From NCBI GenBank assembly GCA_018303825.1, contig JAGVXK010000002.1, forward strand, positions 1 to 37,172: 37,172 nucleotides of DNA. Reading direction: 5' to 3'. Position numbers and translations under genes: made by a program. The notes under the pieces are model-generated. The model had not been told where the DNA came from. It saw nothing but the letters and a program-made list of their open reading frames with translations, and ran no database searches. Source of the DNA: Candidatus Pacearchaeota archaeon. GTDB lineage: Archaea; Nanobdellota; Nanobdellia; Pacearchaeales; GW2011-AR1. Every line of letters starts with the position of its first letter. Positions within the stretch are counted from its first letter, which is position 1. Below, piece by piece: positions 1-9,298 of the stretch.

Positions 1-432
1 TTTTTTGCATTGAAATTAAGGCATTATTCAATTTCAATACTGGATTATGGGAATAGATTAAAAGTATTTGGGTATGACGCAAAAGGCAAGGAGATAATTA
101 ATAGTGAGATGCTTCTTCTTGTTTTGGGAGAGCTAGAAAAAGAATATGGTAGTTTAGTTTATTCTGATTCGAGAGATAATGTAATCAAATATCTTGTTGG
201 AAGAGGGTTTATTGAAATAAGTCTTGATAGTCCGTTTGTTATTACAGGTCACTTCTCAAGAAATAAAGATGCCGTTGAGTTTAACAATGCTCTTGGAAAA
301 GTTTTGGGCAAGTTCAATGCTAGAAAAGTTAATATTATTAAAAATGTTGAAAGGGCAAGTATATTTGCGGTCTGGAGAGCTTGGAGAAGAGCAAAGAAAT
401 CAAGAAAGGAAATAAGGAGGTTGTTTAGATAA
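1..432 (+). CDS. Hypothetical protein, probably 5'-truncated by the window edge
   Basis: Frame is open from base 1 through TTG at 10 to stop at 432; no recognisable motif. Confidence 0.5.
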   Translation, partial: FFALKLRHYSISILDYGNRLKVFGYDAKGKEIINSEMLLLVLGELEKEYGSLVYSDSRDNVIKYLVGRGFIEISLDSPFVITGHFSRNKDAVEFNNALGKVLGKFNARKVNIIKNVERASIFAVWRAWRRAKKSRKEIRRLFR

Positions 433-482
433 TTAATATTTAGACCTTTCATAAGGTTTATATATCAATTGATATATTAAAA

Positions 483-761
483 ATGATGAAGCAAGAAGAA
501 AAAAATCCATTTGCGAGGAGTCCAACTTTGGATACAGTTATTATGATAGAGAAAGTTATCGAAGAACATTCTGGAGAAATGGGGAGAACACAGATTTGGA
601 AGAATTTGCCAAAGAAAGTAATGTGGCAGACATATCTCGTTGTTCTAGATTATCTTGAGACCAATAATAAAATTGTTATTGATAAAGATGGAGCAGTTGT
701 ATGGATATGGAATCCTGCTTTGATAAGGAGACTAGAAAAGGAGGGACTTTTCAAAAAATGA
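483..761 (+). CDS. Small winged-helix-like protein, putative antitoxin/regulator of the downstream RelE-like toxin
   Basis: 92 aa; ATGA overlap with next gene; clear homology to N-terminal domain of ORF 1213..1764. Confidence 0.65.
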   Translation: MMKQEEKNPFARSPTLDTVIMIEKVIEEHSGEMGRTQIWKNLPKKVMWQTYLVVLDYLETNNKIVIDKDGAVVWIWNPALIRRLEKEGLFKK

Positions 762-1081
762 TAAAAATTAAAGAGGTAGTGTTTGTCAGCAAAAAATTAA
801 AAGGTGATTATGAAAATTTGAAAGATGGAAAATTTGAAGATAAAGAGCTTTACAATTTTATCACAAGAGCAATAGAAGATTTGAAGAAGGATCCTTTATG
901 CGGGACAAGAATTCCAAAAAGATTAATTCCAAAAGAATATTCTGTTTCAGCATTGTGGAAATATGATTTGCCAAATGCCTGGAGATTGATATATACTGTT
1001 GTTGGAAATGATGTTAAAATAGTCAGCGTTATCCTTGAATGGATGACTCATAAAGAATATGAAAGGAGATTCAATTATTAA
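758..1081 (+). CDS. RelE/ParE-superfamily toxin
   Basis: Start re-called at ATG 758 (ATGA coupling); 107 aa basic protein with WKYDLPNAWRLIY and C-terminal THKEYERRF, typical of archaeal RelE-like RNases. Confidence 0.7.
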   Translation: MIKIKEVVFVSKKLKGDYENLKDGKFEDKELYNFITRAIEDLKKDPLCGTRIPKRLIPKEYSVSALWKYDLPNAWRLIYTVVGNDVKIVSVILEWMTHKEYERRFNY

Positions 1082-1212
1082 GATAATGGAGATGAAAAAA
1101 GAAGAAAAGATAATAGAAAAGCTTAAATATAAGAGGTATATAAGTATATATAATGTATAAACTTATACAATCAAATAAAATAAATAAGATAAATAAAATA
1201 GATGTAAAGAAA

Positions 1213-1764
1213 ATGGATGCAAAGAAAATAATACATTATCCAAGGTTGGATAGTGTGCTAATGGTAGAGAAATTGATTTACGAGCATAGTGGAGCGTATA
1301 TGAAAAAGCAACTGTGGGATAAACTTCCTAAAAAGATGATGTATCAGACCTTTTCAGTTATAATTAATTATCTTGTTTATTCAGGCAAAATCATTGTTAG
1401 TAATACAGGAAAGATTATTTGGGTGTCTGGCATGCAGTTAGATTATTCGAACAGGCAGGTAAGTAAGGAGATGAACAATGCAGTAGGAGAAATAAGTAGA
1501 AAGATTATAGATGTGTTAAAGAAGGCTGGGGTAAAAAGGGCAGGGATTTTTGGAAGTTATGCACGAGGGGAACAGAAAAGGAGCAGCGATGTCGATATTT
1601 TGATTGAGGTTGAAAAGGGAAGGAAATTTAGTTTATTTGATTTGGTTGGTTTAAAGATGGAAATTGAGAGCATATTGAAAAGAAAAGTCGATTTATTAAC
1701 TTATAATGGAATCAGTCATTTTATAAGAGAAAACGTATTAAAGGATGAGGTGAGAATAATGTGA
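1213..1764 (+). CDS. MNT (minimal nucleotidyltransferase) antitoxin with N-terminal wHTH-like fusion
   Basis: GSYARGEQKRSSDVD = GSX10DXD motif; ORF track start 1153, ATG 1213 more plausible. Confidence 0.85.
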   Translation: MDAKKIIHYPRLDSVLMVEKLIYEHSGAYMKKQLWDKLPKKMMYQTFSVIINYLVYSGKIIVSNTGKIIWVSGMQLDYSNRQVSKEMNNAVGEISRKIIDVLKKAGVKRAGIFGSYARGEQKRSSDVDILIEVEKGRKFSLFDLVGLKMEIESILKRKVDLLTYNGISHFIRENVLKDEVRIM

Positions 1765-2120
1765 AAAGCGGAGATAAAAAATATTTGGAGCACATTTTAG
1801 AAAATATAGGTAAGATAGAGTTATCTACCAAAGGGCTTTCTTTAGAAGATTTTAAGCATAATGATGATTTGATGGATGCTACAATAAGAAGAGTTGAAAT
1901 AATTGGAGAAGCCGTTAAAAATTTATCTAACGAAATTAGGGAGAAAAATATAGATATTGAATGGAAGAAGATTGCTGGAACGAGAGATGTTCTTATACAT
2001 GCTTATTTCGATGTTGAGGTAGATTTACTATGGGGTATAATCAAGGAAGATCTGTCAGAATTGAAAGGAAAAATCAAAGCTATTTTAAATGGTGAAAAAT
2101 CAAAAGAGATTAGAGAATAA
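1761..2120 (+). CDS. HepT-like HEPN RNase toxin (DUF86)
   Basis: RDVLIHAY = RX4HXY motif; DATIRRVEIIGEA; GTGA overlap with MNT gene. Confidence 0.88.
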   Translation: MKSGDKKYLEHILENIGKIELSTKGLSLEDFKHNDDLMDATIRRVEIIGEAVKNLSNEIREKNIDIEWKKIAGTRDVLIHAYFDVEVDLLWGIIKEDLSELKGKIKAILNGEKSKEIRE

Positions 2121-2122
2121 AA

Positions 2123-2599
2123 ATGGCGCAAGAAAAAAAAATGGAAAATAAAAAAATAAGTGAGATGGAAAGAGAAAAGGCCAGTTATTATTTGATGCTT
2201 GAGAGCGAGATACTTCCTTTTGTTGCTCACAATAGAAACTTGAAGAGCCTTGAAATTGCAAACGAAGTGCTGCAGAAGCTTGTGCGTTACATAGAAAAGA
2301 AGTTTGATGCAGTTTGGTACATAGGAACCGATGTATTTGGGGATGAAATTTATGAAAGATTTATGTTTCACCATGGGGGATTCATGGAAATATCTCTTGT
2401 TGGGAGAATAAGATGTTATTTTCCAGAAGATAAGATTGAAAAGATGAAAAAAGCCCTGGAATATGCTCTTTCAAAGACAACCACTTCAGGAAGCGCCAGT
2501 CATTTGATTCATCAGATTAAATCCGGGCAAAAGCTTATAAGTGTAAAAGACTCTATTCTCATTAATACTGAATTAAATAAGGGGATAAAGAAAAAATGA
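2123..2599 (+). CDS. Hypothetical protein
   Basis: 158-aa ORF tightly packed in same-strand run. Confidence 0.6.
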   Translation: MAQEKKMENKKISEMEREKASYYLMLESEILPFVAHNRNLKSLEIANEVLQKLVRYIEKKFDAVWYIGTDVFGDEIYERFMFHHGGFMEISLVGRIRCYFPEDKIEKMKKALEYALSKTTTSGSASHLIHQIKSGQKLISVKDSILINTELNKGIKKK

Positions 2600-2617
2600 A
2601 AAGAGGAAGTAGATAAA

Positions 2618-2902
2618 ATGGGTTGGAAGAAACGGAGTTATTGGTTTAAGGGGGGAATCGTATTGGGAATCTTAGATATTGTTGTTATCTTAATAGGATA
2701 TGTTATCTCTAGCTCTGAAAGTCTCGGATGGTTTTTGATGTTTACACAAATTCCTTTTAACGCTCTTGCTATTGCATTACGTTTGCCCATATATCAAAAT
2801 TATCAAGTCATTATCGGTGGATTGATTAGTTGGTTTGTTATCGGGGCAACAATAGGCTGGATATATGGAAAGATTAAAAATAAAAATGTGGGTAGGGAGT
2901 AA
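2618..2902 (+). CDS. Small membrane protein
   Basis: 94 aa, about 3 hydrophobic segments. Confidence 0.6.
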   Translation: MGWKKRSYWFKGGIVLGILDIVVILIGYVISSSESLGWFLMFTQIPFNALAIALRLPIYQNYQVIIGGLISWFVIGATIGWIYGKIKNKNVGRE

Positions 2903-3466
2903 ATGGCATTAAGCGCGATATTAAAAAAATTGCTTTTCGTTCGGCAGTTTGACATAGACAAGGGCAAGATAACAATATTGGGGGACAGGGAGATAATGCT
3001 TAGTGCCTCAGCTATCTTGGAATTGCAGGAAATAGATGAGACGAAGATATATGAGACTGCAAAGCAATCTAGCCTTAAGAATATCAGGGGAGCTGTTGAA
3101 CATGCGAAGGTTTATGGGAAGATGAGGGATGTTTTCATGGAGGAAATAGCGCATCTAGGGGATAAAATAGGGCAGAGTGATGAGGGAGTTATAAACACAT
3201 TGCAGGAATTGTTTAATATTTATGGCCTGGGAGAGATAAACATACAGGAATTGGATAATAAAGGGAAGACGGCGATTGTAATAATTAGAGATTCGGCGCT
3301 TGCCGAAGAATATCAAAAGAAAAGGGGGAAGTCTGGAAAAGTATGCGCCCTTACAGCAGGAGTTATTGCTGGTTTATTTAGTTATATATTTGGGAAGGAA
3401 GTTGATGCTGTGGAGGAAAAATGCAAGGCTCAGGGAAATTCTTATTGTCTCTTCAAAATAGGGTAG
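2903..3466 (+). CDS. V4R (4-vinyl reductase) domain protein
   Basis: YGLGEI, CALTAGVIAGLFS, AVEEKCKAQGNSYCLF pattern of V4R Cys ligands. Confidence 0.85.
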   Translation: MALSAILKKLLFVRQFDIDKGKITILGDREIMLSASAILELQEIDETKIYETAKQSSLKNIRGAVEHAKVYGKMRDVFMEEIAHLGDKIGQSDEGVINTLQELFNIYGLGEINIQELDNKGKTAIVIIRDSALAEEYQKKRGKSGKVCALTAGVIAGLFSYIFGKEVDAVEEKCKAQGNSYCLFKIG

Positions 3467-3470
3467 AAAA

Positions 3471-3785
3471 ATGGAGAATCTAACAATAATCATAATGGTG
3501 GTCGCGGGAGCTCTTGCGGCAATTGCTATAATTATTTATATTATAGTTTATTTCAGAAAAGGTAAGGGAAAGGCGGGGGGCACAAGCCAAGATGCGTTAT
3601 TTGATTATCTTGTAAAAGAGATTGAAGGAGATCTTAGGGAAGGAAAGGTAAAGGAGGCGTCATCTGTTTACAACAGATTGAACCATGTTTATATTTATGT
3701 GGAAAAGAGCAAAAAGGCATCAGCGAAGAAAAAGTTAGATTCATTATTTAATGAGATACAGGCAGAGAAGGGGGCTCTTAAATAA
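3471..3785 (+). CDS. Membrane-anchored hypothetical protein
   Basis: N-terminal TM helix followed by helical soluble domain. Confidence 0.6.
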   Translation: MENLTIIIMVVAGALAAIAIIIYIIVYFRKGKGKAGGTSQDALFDYLVKEIEGDLREGKVKEASSVYNRLNHVYIYVEKSKKASAKKKLDSLFNEIQAEKGALK

Positions 3786-3817
3786 ATTTATAAACTAGGA
3801 AATGTAGGCTAAAGAAT

Positions 3818-4549
3818 ATGGCTAAGAAAAAAGAGGAAACAAAAGATAAAACTGAAAGGTGCGCTACGGGAATACAAGGGTTTGATGTTCTATGCGAGGG
3901 AGGCTTGATAGCAGACAGCGCTAATCTTGTTGTTGGAAATGCTGGTGCGGGGAAGACAACATTCTTATTGCAATTCTTACACAATGGGGCTGTAAAATAT
4001 AATGAAAAAGGATTATATGTGAGTTTTGAGCCAGAAGTGGCCGAATTGTACAAGGCTGGAAGGAAGCAGGGAATGGATTTTGAGAAACTTGAGGAAGAAG
4101 GAAAGTGCTTTTTCTTGAAGTTAGCTGATAGGATGAATTTAGGGGAGATAGAAAAAACATTGACTAATTTTGTTGTCAAGAATGACATAAAGAGGATATG
4201 CTTTGACCCTATAAATGTGTTTGCCATAAGATTGAAGAAAGATTATGGGATCAGAGTTCAGATTTATAATCTTATTTCTCTTCTTAAAAAATTGGCTGTT
4301 TGCGTTGTTATTGCCGGAGAGGCAGAGGAGGAAAAGGCTACAGGGGAGGCTGAATTGGAGGAAGATGTTATATTTACAAAGTATTTGGTTGATGGGGTGA
4401 TAGAATTGTTCTCATCCGGGCTTGGGGGAGAAGGAGACAGAGCGGTAAGAATCTCAAAAATGAGAATGACAAATCACGTTCGCGGTCCAGTAGGTATGAA
4501 GATTGACAATTCAGGAATAAAAGTTCTTGGAAAAGCCAAGTTTCTTTAA
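3818..4549 (+). CDS. KaiC/RAD55-like RecA-fold ATPase (single domain)
   Basis: Walker A GNAGAGKT, Walker B RICFD, YLVDGVIEL, ISKMRMT motif. Confidence 0.88.
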   Translation: MAKKKEETKDKTERCATGIQGFDVLCEGGLIADSANLVVGNAGAGKTTFLLQFLHNGAVKYNEKGLYVSFEPEVAELYKAGRKQGMDFEKLEEEGKCFFLKLADRMNLGEIEKTLTNFVVKNDIKRICFDPINVFAIRLKKDYGIRVQIYNLISLLKKLAVCVVIAGEAEEEKATGEAELEEDVIFTKYLVDGVIELFSSGLGGEGDRAVRISKMRMTNHVRGPVGMKIDNSGIKVLGKAKFL

Positions 4550-4551
4550 AT

Positions 4552-4710
4552 TTAGCTAATTTTATAAGGTTTCTCTTTCGGATGTTTGTATAATCTTGTT
4601 TTTGGCAAGTAAGGTTTTAAAAAATTTAGCATTTCTTCAAATCTTCTAATTACTTCCGGAGCAGACTTTTGGGTTTCCGAACCCAAGAGCTTTTTTTCTA
4701 ACTCAACCAT
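4552..4710 (-). CDS. Possible 52-aa ORF not in track (MVELEKKLLGSETQKS...PYKIS)
   Basis: Manual translation; TTTATAAA box at about 4732-4739 on minus strand upstream. Confidence 0.3.
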   Translation of the reverse strand: MVELEKKLLGSETQKSAPEVIRRFEEMLNFLKPYLPKTRLYKHPKEKPYKIS

Positions 4711-4851
4711 ATTCTTTTTTACATGTCCTAGTTTATAAATTTACAGGTTTATTTTATTTAATCTATAATTATTTATAGGGCTTATAAGCCTAATTTATTG
4801 AAAAGTGTTACCACGCAAAAGTTTATATAGTTATGTTTTATTGGGAAATTT

Positions 4852-6291
4852 ATGAAAAACAGCAGGAAAATTGCGATTGTTCTTTCAATAATTTTAGTTG
4901 CCATCTCACTTTTATTAGTTGTTGGTGCTGTTAGCTCAGGGTTTATAGATATAACAGTTGGAAATGAGGGATTCCACGATTATTCTTGCAATAATCCTAT
5001 TTCGGGAGTGCAATTCCACGACAAAGGAGGAAGCGGAGATAATTATGTCTCAGGATTATATTGTTCTAATTCAAATCTTGATATTTCCAGTTCAAATAGG
5101 GTAGATTTGGATCCTTCTAGAAGTTCTTCAGGGTTTTATAATTATTCTTGCCAAGATTCTACAGTTATAGGCGTTAATTATCACGACAAAGGAGGAAGCG
5201 GAGATAATTATGTCAATCAGCTTATATGCGGACGGGGCAAATTTAGCTATAATAATGTAGAAGGAATAGATTTAACATTGAATGGGGGCGGATTTTATGA
5301 TTTTTACTGCGCAGGAGATAAAGTATTGGTGGGAGTGCAATTCCACGACAAAGGAGGAAGTGGAGATAATTATGTCAATAAAATATATTGTGCAAGCTTA
5401 AATGTTTCTGCACCCGAAGACAACGGGAACGGCACGGGTGAAAATAACGAGACAAATCAAACCCAGCAGTTAAATATTACAGTTAATTATCCATTGAATG
5501 GAATGGTTATAGATTCAAATGTATCTTCTTTGTTCTTGAATTACACAGTGCAGGGAATTCCTAATTCATGCTGGTATGATTTAGACAGCACCTTGAACAA
5601 TCTTCCTGGTTGTGTTGGCATGTCAATTTCAATGACAAATGGGACTCACGAATTGCGAGTATATGCAAATAATTCCCAAGGTCAGGTTTTCAACAGTTCG
5701 TTAATTAACTTTGTCTTTAATCTTTTTGCTTCAGACAATGAAGGAAATGGAACAGATGGAGGAAATAATCAAACGAATCAAACAGGCAATCCATACATAA
5801 AGATAATTTACCCTCTGAATAATTCAGTTTTAAATGTATCAAATATAAACTTAAAGTTTATAGCAGCTAATGTTTCGTCGTGCTGGTTTAATCTTAATTA
5901 CGGAAACAATGCCTCAATAGTGCAGTGCCAAAATACAAGCTTCAGTGCTGGAAACGGAAGTTATATATTACATTTGTATGCAAACAATTCCATTGGACAG
6001 ATTAGTTCAGATTCTATTTATTTCACAGTCAGTTTGCCGGGAAATTCTGGAAATGGTGGTGGCAATGGCGGGGACGGCGGAGGCAGAACAAGAAATGGAG
6101 CAAGAGTTATTAATGTGTCTGATCTGGACGATTCTGATAAAGTAACTTATTCAGTAGATGATTATCTCCCAGAGGAAAAACCAGCCGTTACAAATGAATC
6201 TGAATTAAATGTTCCTCTTTTGCTGTCTTTGATACTCCTTATTTTATTGATAATAATCGCTATTATACTTATTTATATTTTGAGAGCTTAA
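4852..6291 (+). CDS. Cell-surface protein: signal peptide, 3x Cys-bounded repeat domain, 2 Ig-like domains, C-terminal TM anchor
   Basis: GV(Q/N)(F/Y)HDKGGSGDNYV x3; two YPLN...CW...YANNS units; many NxS/T sequons; hydrophobic C-terminus. Confidence 0.8.
   Translation: MKNSRKIAIVLSIILVAISLLLVVGAVSSGFIDITVGNEGFHDYSCNNPISGVQFHDKGGSGDNYVSGLYCSNSNLDISSSNRVDLDPSRSSSGFYNYSCQDSTVIGVNYHDKGGSGDNYVNQLICGRGKFSYNNVEGIDLTLNGGGFYDFYCAGDKVLVGVQFHDKGGSGDNYVNKIYCASLNVSAPEDNGNGTGENNETNQTQQLNITVNYPLNGMVIDSNVSSLFLNYTVQGIPNSCWYDLDSTLNNLPGCVGMSISMTNGTHELRVYANNSQGQVFNSSLINFVFNLFASDNEGNGTDGGNNQTNQTGNPYIKIIYPLNNSVLNVSNINLKFIAANVSSCWFNLNYGNNASIVQCQNTSFSAGNGSYILHLYANNSIGQISSDSIYFTVSLPGNSGNGGGNGGDGGGRTRNGARVINVSDLDDSDKVTYSVDDYLPEEKPAVTNESELNVPLLLSLILLILLIIIAIILIYILRA
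5017..5376 (+). repeat. Three in-frame 33-bp near-identical repeats (5017-5049, 5182-5214, 5344-5376)
   Basis: cacgacaaaggaggaag(c/t)ggagataattatgtc; copies 1 and 3 extend to 45/46 identity. Confidence 0.95.
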
Positions 6292-6518
6292 ATTTGCGGA
6301 TATTTTTTTAATTTAAGAACTAATCATAATTCTGATAGCACTGTTATCGTAATATATAACTATAAGTTATACATATTATATCATTGGTAAAAAAATATTT
6401 CTTTTTTAGAAACATTTATATATTAATTATATGTATAATAGTTATACAATTGGTTAATTAATTGTATATTTTGAAAAAGGAGAAGGAATTAAATTGTAAG
6501 GGACAAAATAAAAGGAAA

Positions 6519-6740
6519 ATGCCTATAAATGTTAAGACAAAGCAATGGGGAAATTCTATAGGAATCATCATTCCTAGCGAGATAGTTAAGGGTTTGAGGA
6601 TAAAGGCAGATGAAGAAATAAGTGTTGATTTCAAAAATAAGGGAAATGTTTTGAAGGATTTATATGGAAGTTTAAAATTCAAGAGGAATACTTATGATGT
6701 TTTGAAAGAAGTCAGAAAAGAACTTGGAGGGCTGGGTTAA
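6519..6740 (+). CDS. AbrB/MazE-type antitoxin (VapB)
   Basis: KQWGNSIGIIIP swapped-hairpin motif; start re-called at ATG 6519. Confidence 0.85.
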   Translation: MPINVKTKQWGNSIGIIIPSEIVKGLRIKADEEISVDFKNKGNVLKDLYGSLKFKRNTYDVLKEVRKELGGLG

Positions 6741-7112
6741 ATGACTGGTAAAATATGCCTTGACACGCATTCTCTTTTGGAAATTGCTTCTGGAAATCCT
6801 AAATTTGCAGGTTTAATTAATTCAGATTTTGTTGTTACAGATCTTACATTGAGCGAGTTCTTTTCCTCTTTACTGAAAGAACATCCGGAAGAAACTGTGC
6901 AGCATTGGCATGATAAATTGGAGAAGCATTCCATGCCTGTTGACAGAAGAGTTTTGGTGAATGCCCAGAAATTCAAGCATTTTCATGGAAAAAAGAAAAT
7001 ATCTTTTTCAGATGCTGTTGCATACACTTATTCTTTATTGAATAATCATTCTTTTATAACGTCAGAAAAAGAATTTGAAGGTTTTGCCAACGTTGAGATC
7101 ATAAAAAAATAA
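6741..7112 (+). CDS. PIN-domain toxin (VapC)
   Basis: ICLDTHSLL, TLSEF, SFSDAVAY, FITSEKEF; abuts AbrB gene. Confidence 0.85.
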   Translation: MTGKICLDTHSLLEIASGNPKFAGLINSDFVVTDLTLSEFFSSLLKEHPEETVQHWHDKLEKHSMPVDRRVLVNAQKFKHFHGKKKISFSDAVAYTYSLLNNHSFITSEKEFEGFANVEIIKK

Positions 7113-7232
7113 AATTTTTGTGCAAAAAAGAAAAAGTTTATAATTTTTTAGTTACAATAAAGATTTAAAAGCATTAAATTACTTATTTATCTATAAAACT
7201 TCATTGAAGTTTTGCAAAAGGATTAGAGTAAT

Positions 7233-7979
7233 TTGAATTACGTTCCAAAAAAAATATTTTTAACGAAGGGAGTGGGCATTCACAAGGACAAATTAGCCAG
7301 TTTTGAGAGGGCTTTAAGGAGCGCCGGAATAGAAAAATGCAACCTTGTTTATGTTTCTTCCATATTTCCGCCAAATTGCGAAATAATTTCCAAGGAACAG
7401 GGAATTAGTCTGCTTCATCCTGGGCAGGTTGCTTTTTGCGTTATGGCAAAAAGCGAAACTAATGAACCAAATAGATTAATCAGCGCCGCGATAGGACTTG
7501 CTCTTCCTAAAGATAAAAACCAATATGGATATTTGAGCGAGCATCATGCATTCGGAGAAAAAGGAGAAAATTCAGGGGAATATGCGGAAGATCTTGCAGC
7601 TACAATGCTTGCAACAACTCTAGGAATAGAGTTTGATCCAGAACAGGCATGGGAAGAAAGGGAACAATTATTTAAGGCTTCCGGACAGGTGTTCAAGACA
7701 ACGAATATCTGCCAGAGTGCCGAGGGAAACAAAGACGGATTATGGACAACAGTTATTACTGCTGCTGTTTTTGTAGAAGACGATGGAACCAGCCACAATA
7801 ATCAGCAAGTTTTACATAATAAAAATAATTTAATTGTACCTATTAATAACGTTCAGAGCAATCAAGTTATTGGTGATGGCAGTCATAATTTAGACAAGAT
7901 TCCTTCTGCAGCTAAGATGCCAGAGGATGAAGAACCTCCGATGCCTCTTGTAAATCCTGTTCCATCACCTGCTAAATAA
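7233..7979 (+). CDS. pdaD: Pyruvoyl-dependent arginine decarboxylase with about 65-aa low-complexity C-terminal extension
   Basis: [17 protein letters not shown] (Ser-Ser self-cleavage site), [17 protein letters not shown]. Confidence 0.9.
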   Translation: MNYVPKKIFLTKGVGIHKDKLASFERALRSAGIEKCNLVYVSSIFPPNCEIISKEQGISLLHPGQVAFCVMAKSETNEPNRLISAAIGLALPKDKNQYGYLSEHHAFGEKGENSGEYAEDLAATMLATTLGIEFDPEQAWEEREQLFKASGQVFKTTNICQSAEGNKDGLWTTVITAAVFVEDDGTSHNNQQVLHNKNNLIVPINNVQSNQVIGDGSHNLDKIPSAAKMPEDEEPPMPLVNPVPSPAK

Positions 7980-9298
7980 AGATTTGGCATGGAGACAGAT
8001 TCTAAATATGGGGTTGTTTTTATGTTAATTCCATGCATTTTTATTTCCGGACCATAAAGCAAAGTGGAATCCTGATTAAGTCCTTCCATTAATCCTGGGA
8101 CTGAAAGCCTGTCAATTGCATATCTTATGTCATCCATTATTCTTGAGTACATAGCTATTCTTACATCCCCAACCATGTATTCTTCTTCAGGAAGAGTTGG
8201 CTGGATTCTCCATTCCTTAACTTTATTTGGTTTGCTACTTCTTTGCATCTTCAAATCTCCGTATCTTTGGAGGACTATTCTTTGAACTCCTGCTTCCTTG
8301 TATGCTTCAGCGAGTTTTCTCCCCCAGGCAGCGTTATCTCCTTCTTCTCTCAATGGCATTCTTACTAATAAGGCAAAATTAGTGTTATTTGATTTATTTA
8401 CCGAATGAGATTCTCCATTTACCAAGCAGAAATCTAAACCTCCAAATTCTGGCTTCTTTCTTTCTTGGGTGACGAATCCGTATGGGCAGACGCAGAATGT
8501 CCTTATTTTATCGCCATTAGGATGTGTTAGTTCAAATTTGACATCTCTTTCGATATCTGTTAGATGTTTTATGACTGCTGCATCAGTTTCTATTCTAAAA
8601 CCTATATCTATTGGCCTAGATGAATGAGCTATCTTTTTTTCATCAAGTTTCTGATGCAACCAGGTGGAGCCGTCTCTGCCTGGAGCGAGAAGAAGGAAAT
8701 CATAATTGTAACTCTCTTCTTTTCCACTATTGGCATCTTTTCTCATATCTTTTGTATAAACCTTTTTGTTATCAAAATCTATCACTCTCTGCTCGGTGAT
8801 TATTCTTATTCCTCTTCTTTCCAAATCATCCTGGATAGTTTTCATAAATGCCGGAAGCTTGTCAGTTCCTATATGATAATCATTGGCAACTATGTAATCT
8901 ATGTCATGAATGCCTGCTATTCTTGATATTTCCTTTGCTTTGACTAACCTTTCTTCGGAAATTCTTTCTATTTTACCGATTGTTTTTTCGTAATAGCCTC
9001 TGAAGAATTCTTTGGCTTTCATTAAATATTCTCTATCTCTTGCTCCAATAAGGTCTCCTAGATTTGTGCCTATCTGCCTTTTTCCAAGTTCAGTTTCAAA
9101 GATAAATTTTCCGTCAGAAAAAGCTCCAACACCGCTTACTCCATAAGCCTTGTCAGTGTCCCCATTTGTCCTATCTTCGACTCTTTTTCCCTGATCTATT
9201 AAGGTTACTTCTAGTTCGTGTCTTTTTTCAGCATTTGACAAGGTGTATGCTGCGGCCATTCCTGCAGGTCCAGCACCAACTATTACAACTCTTATCAT
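7883..9298 (-). CDS. FAD-dependent oxidoreductase (COG2509-like)
   Basis: IVGAGPAG Rossmann motif, [41 protein letters not shown]. Confidence 0.85.
   Translation of the reverse strand: MIRVVIVGAGPAGMAAAYTLSNAEKRHELEVTLIDQGKRVEDRTNGDTDKAYGVSGVGAFSDGKFIFETELGKRQIGTNLGDLIGARDREYLMKAKEFFRGYYEKTIGKIERISEERLVKAKEISRIAGIHDIDYIVANDYHIGTDKLPAFMKTIQDDLERRGIRIITEQRVIDFDNKKVYTKDMRKDANSGKEESYNYDFLLLAPGRDGSTWLHQKLDEKKIAHSSRPIDIGFRIETDAAVIKHLTDIERDVKFELTHPNGDKIRTFCVCPYGFVTQERKKPEFGGLDFCLVNGESHSVNKSNNTNFALLVRMPLREEGDNAAWGRKLAEAYKEAGVQRIVLQRYGDLKMQRSSKPNKVKEWRIQPTLPEEEYMVGDVRIAMYSRIMDDIRYAIDRLSVPGLMEGLNQDSTLLYGPEIKMHGINIKTTPYLESVSMPNLYLAGDGTGFTRGIGGSSSSGILAAEGILSKL

Noticed and set aside
5017-5376. 33-bp repeats as a CRISPR array
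   Set aside because: Intervals are 129-132 bp, in frame, and encode homologous protein repeats; no cas genes
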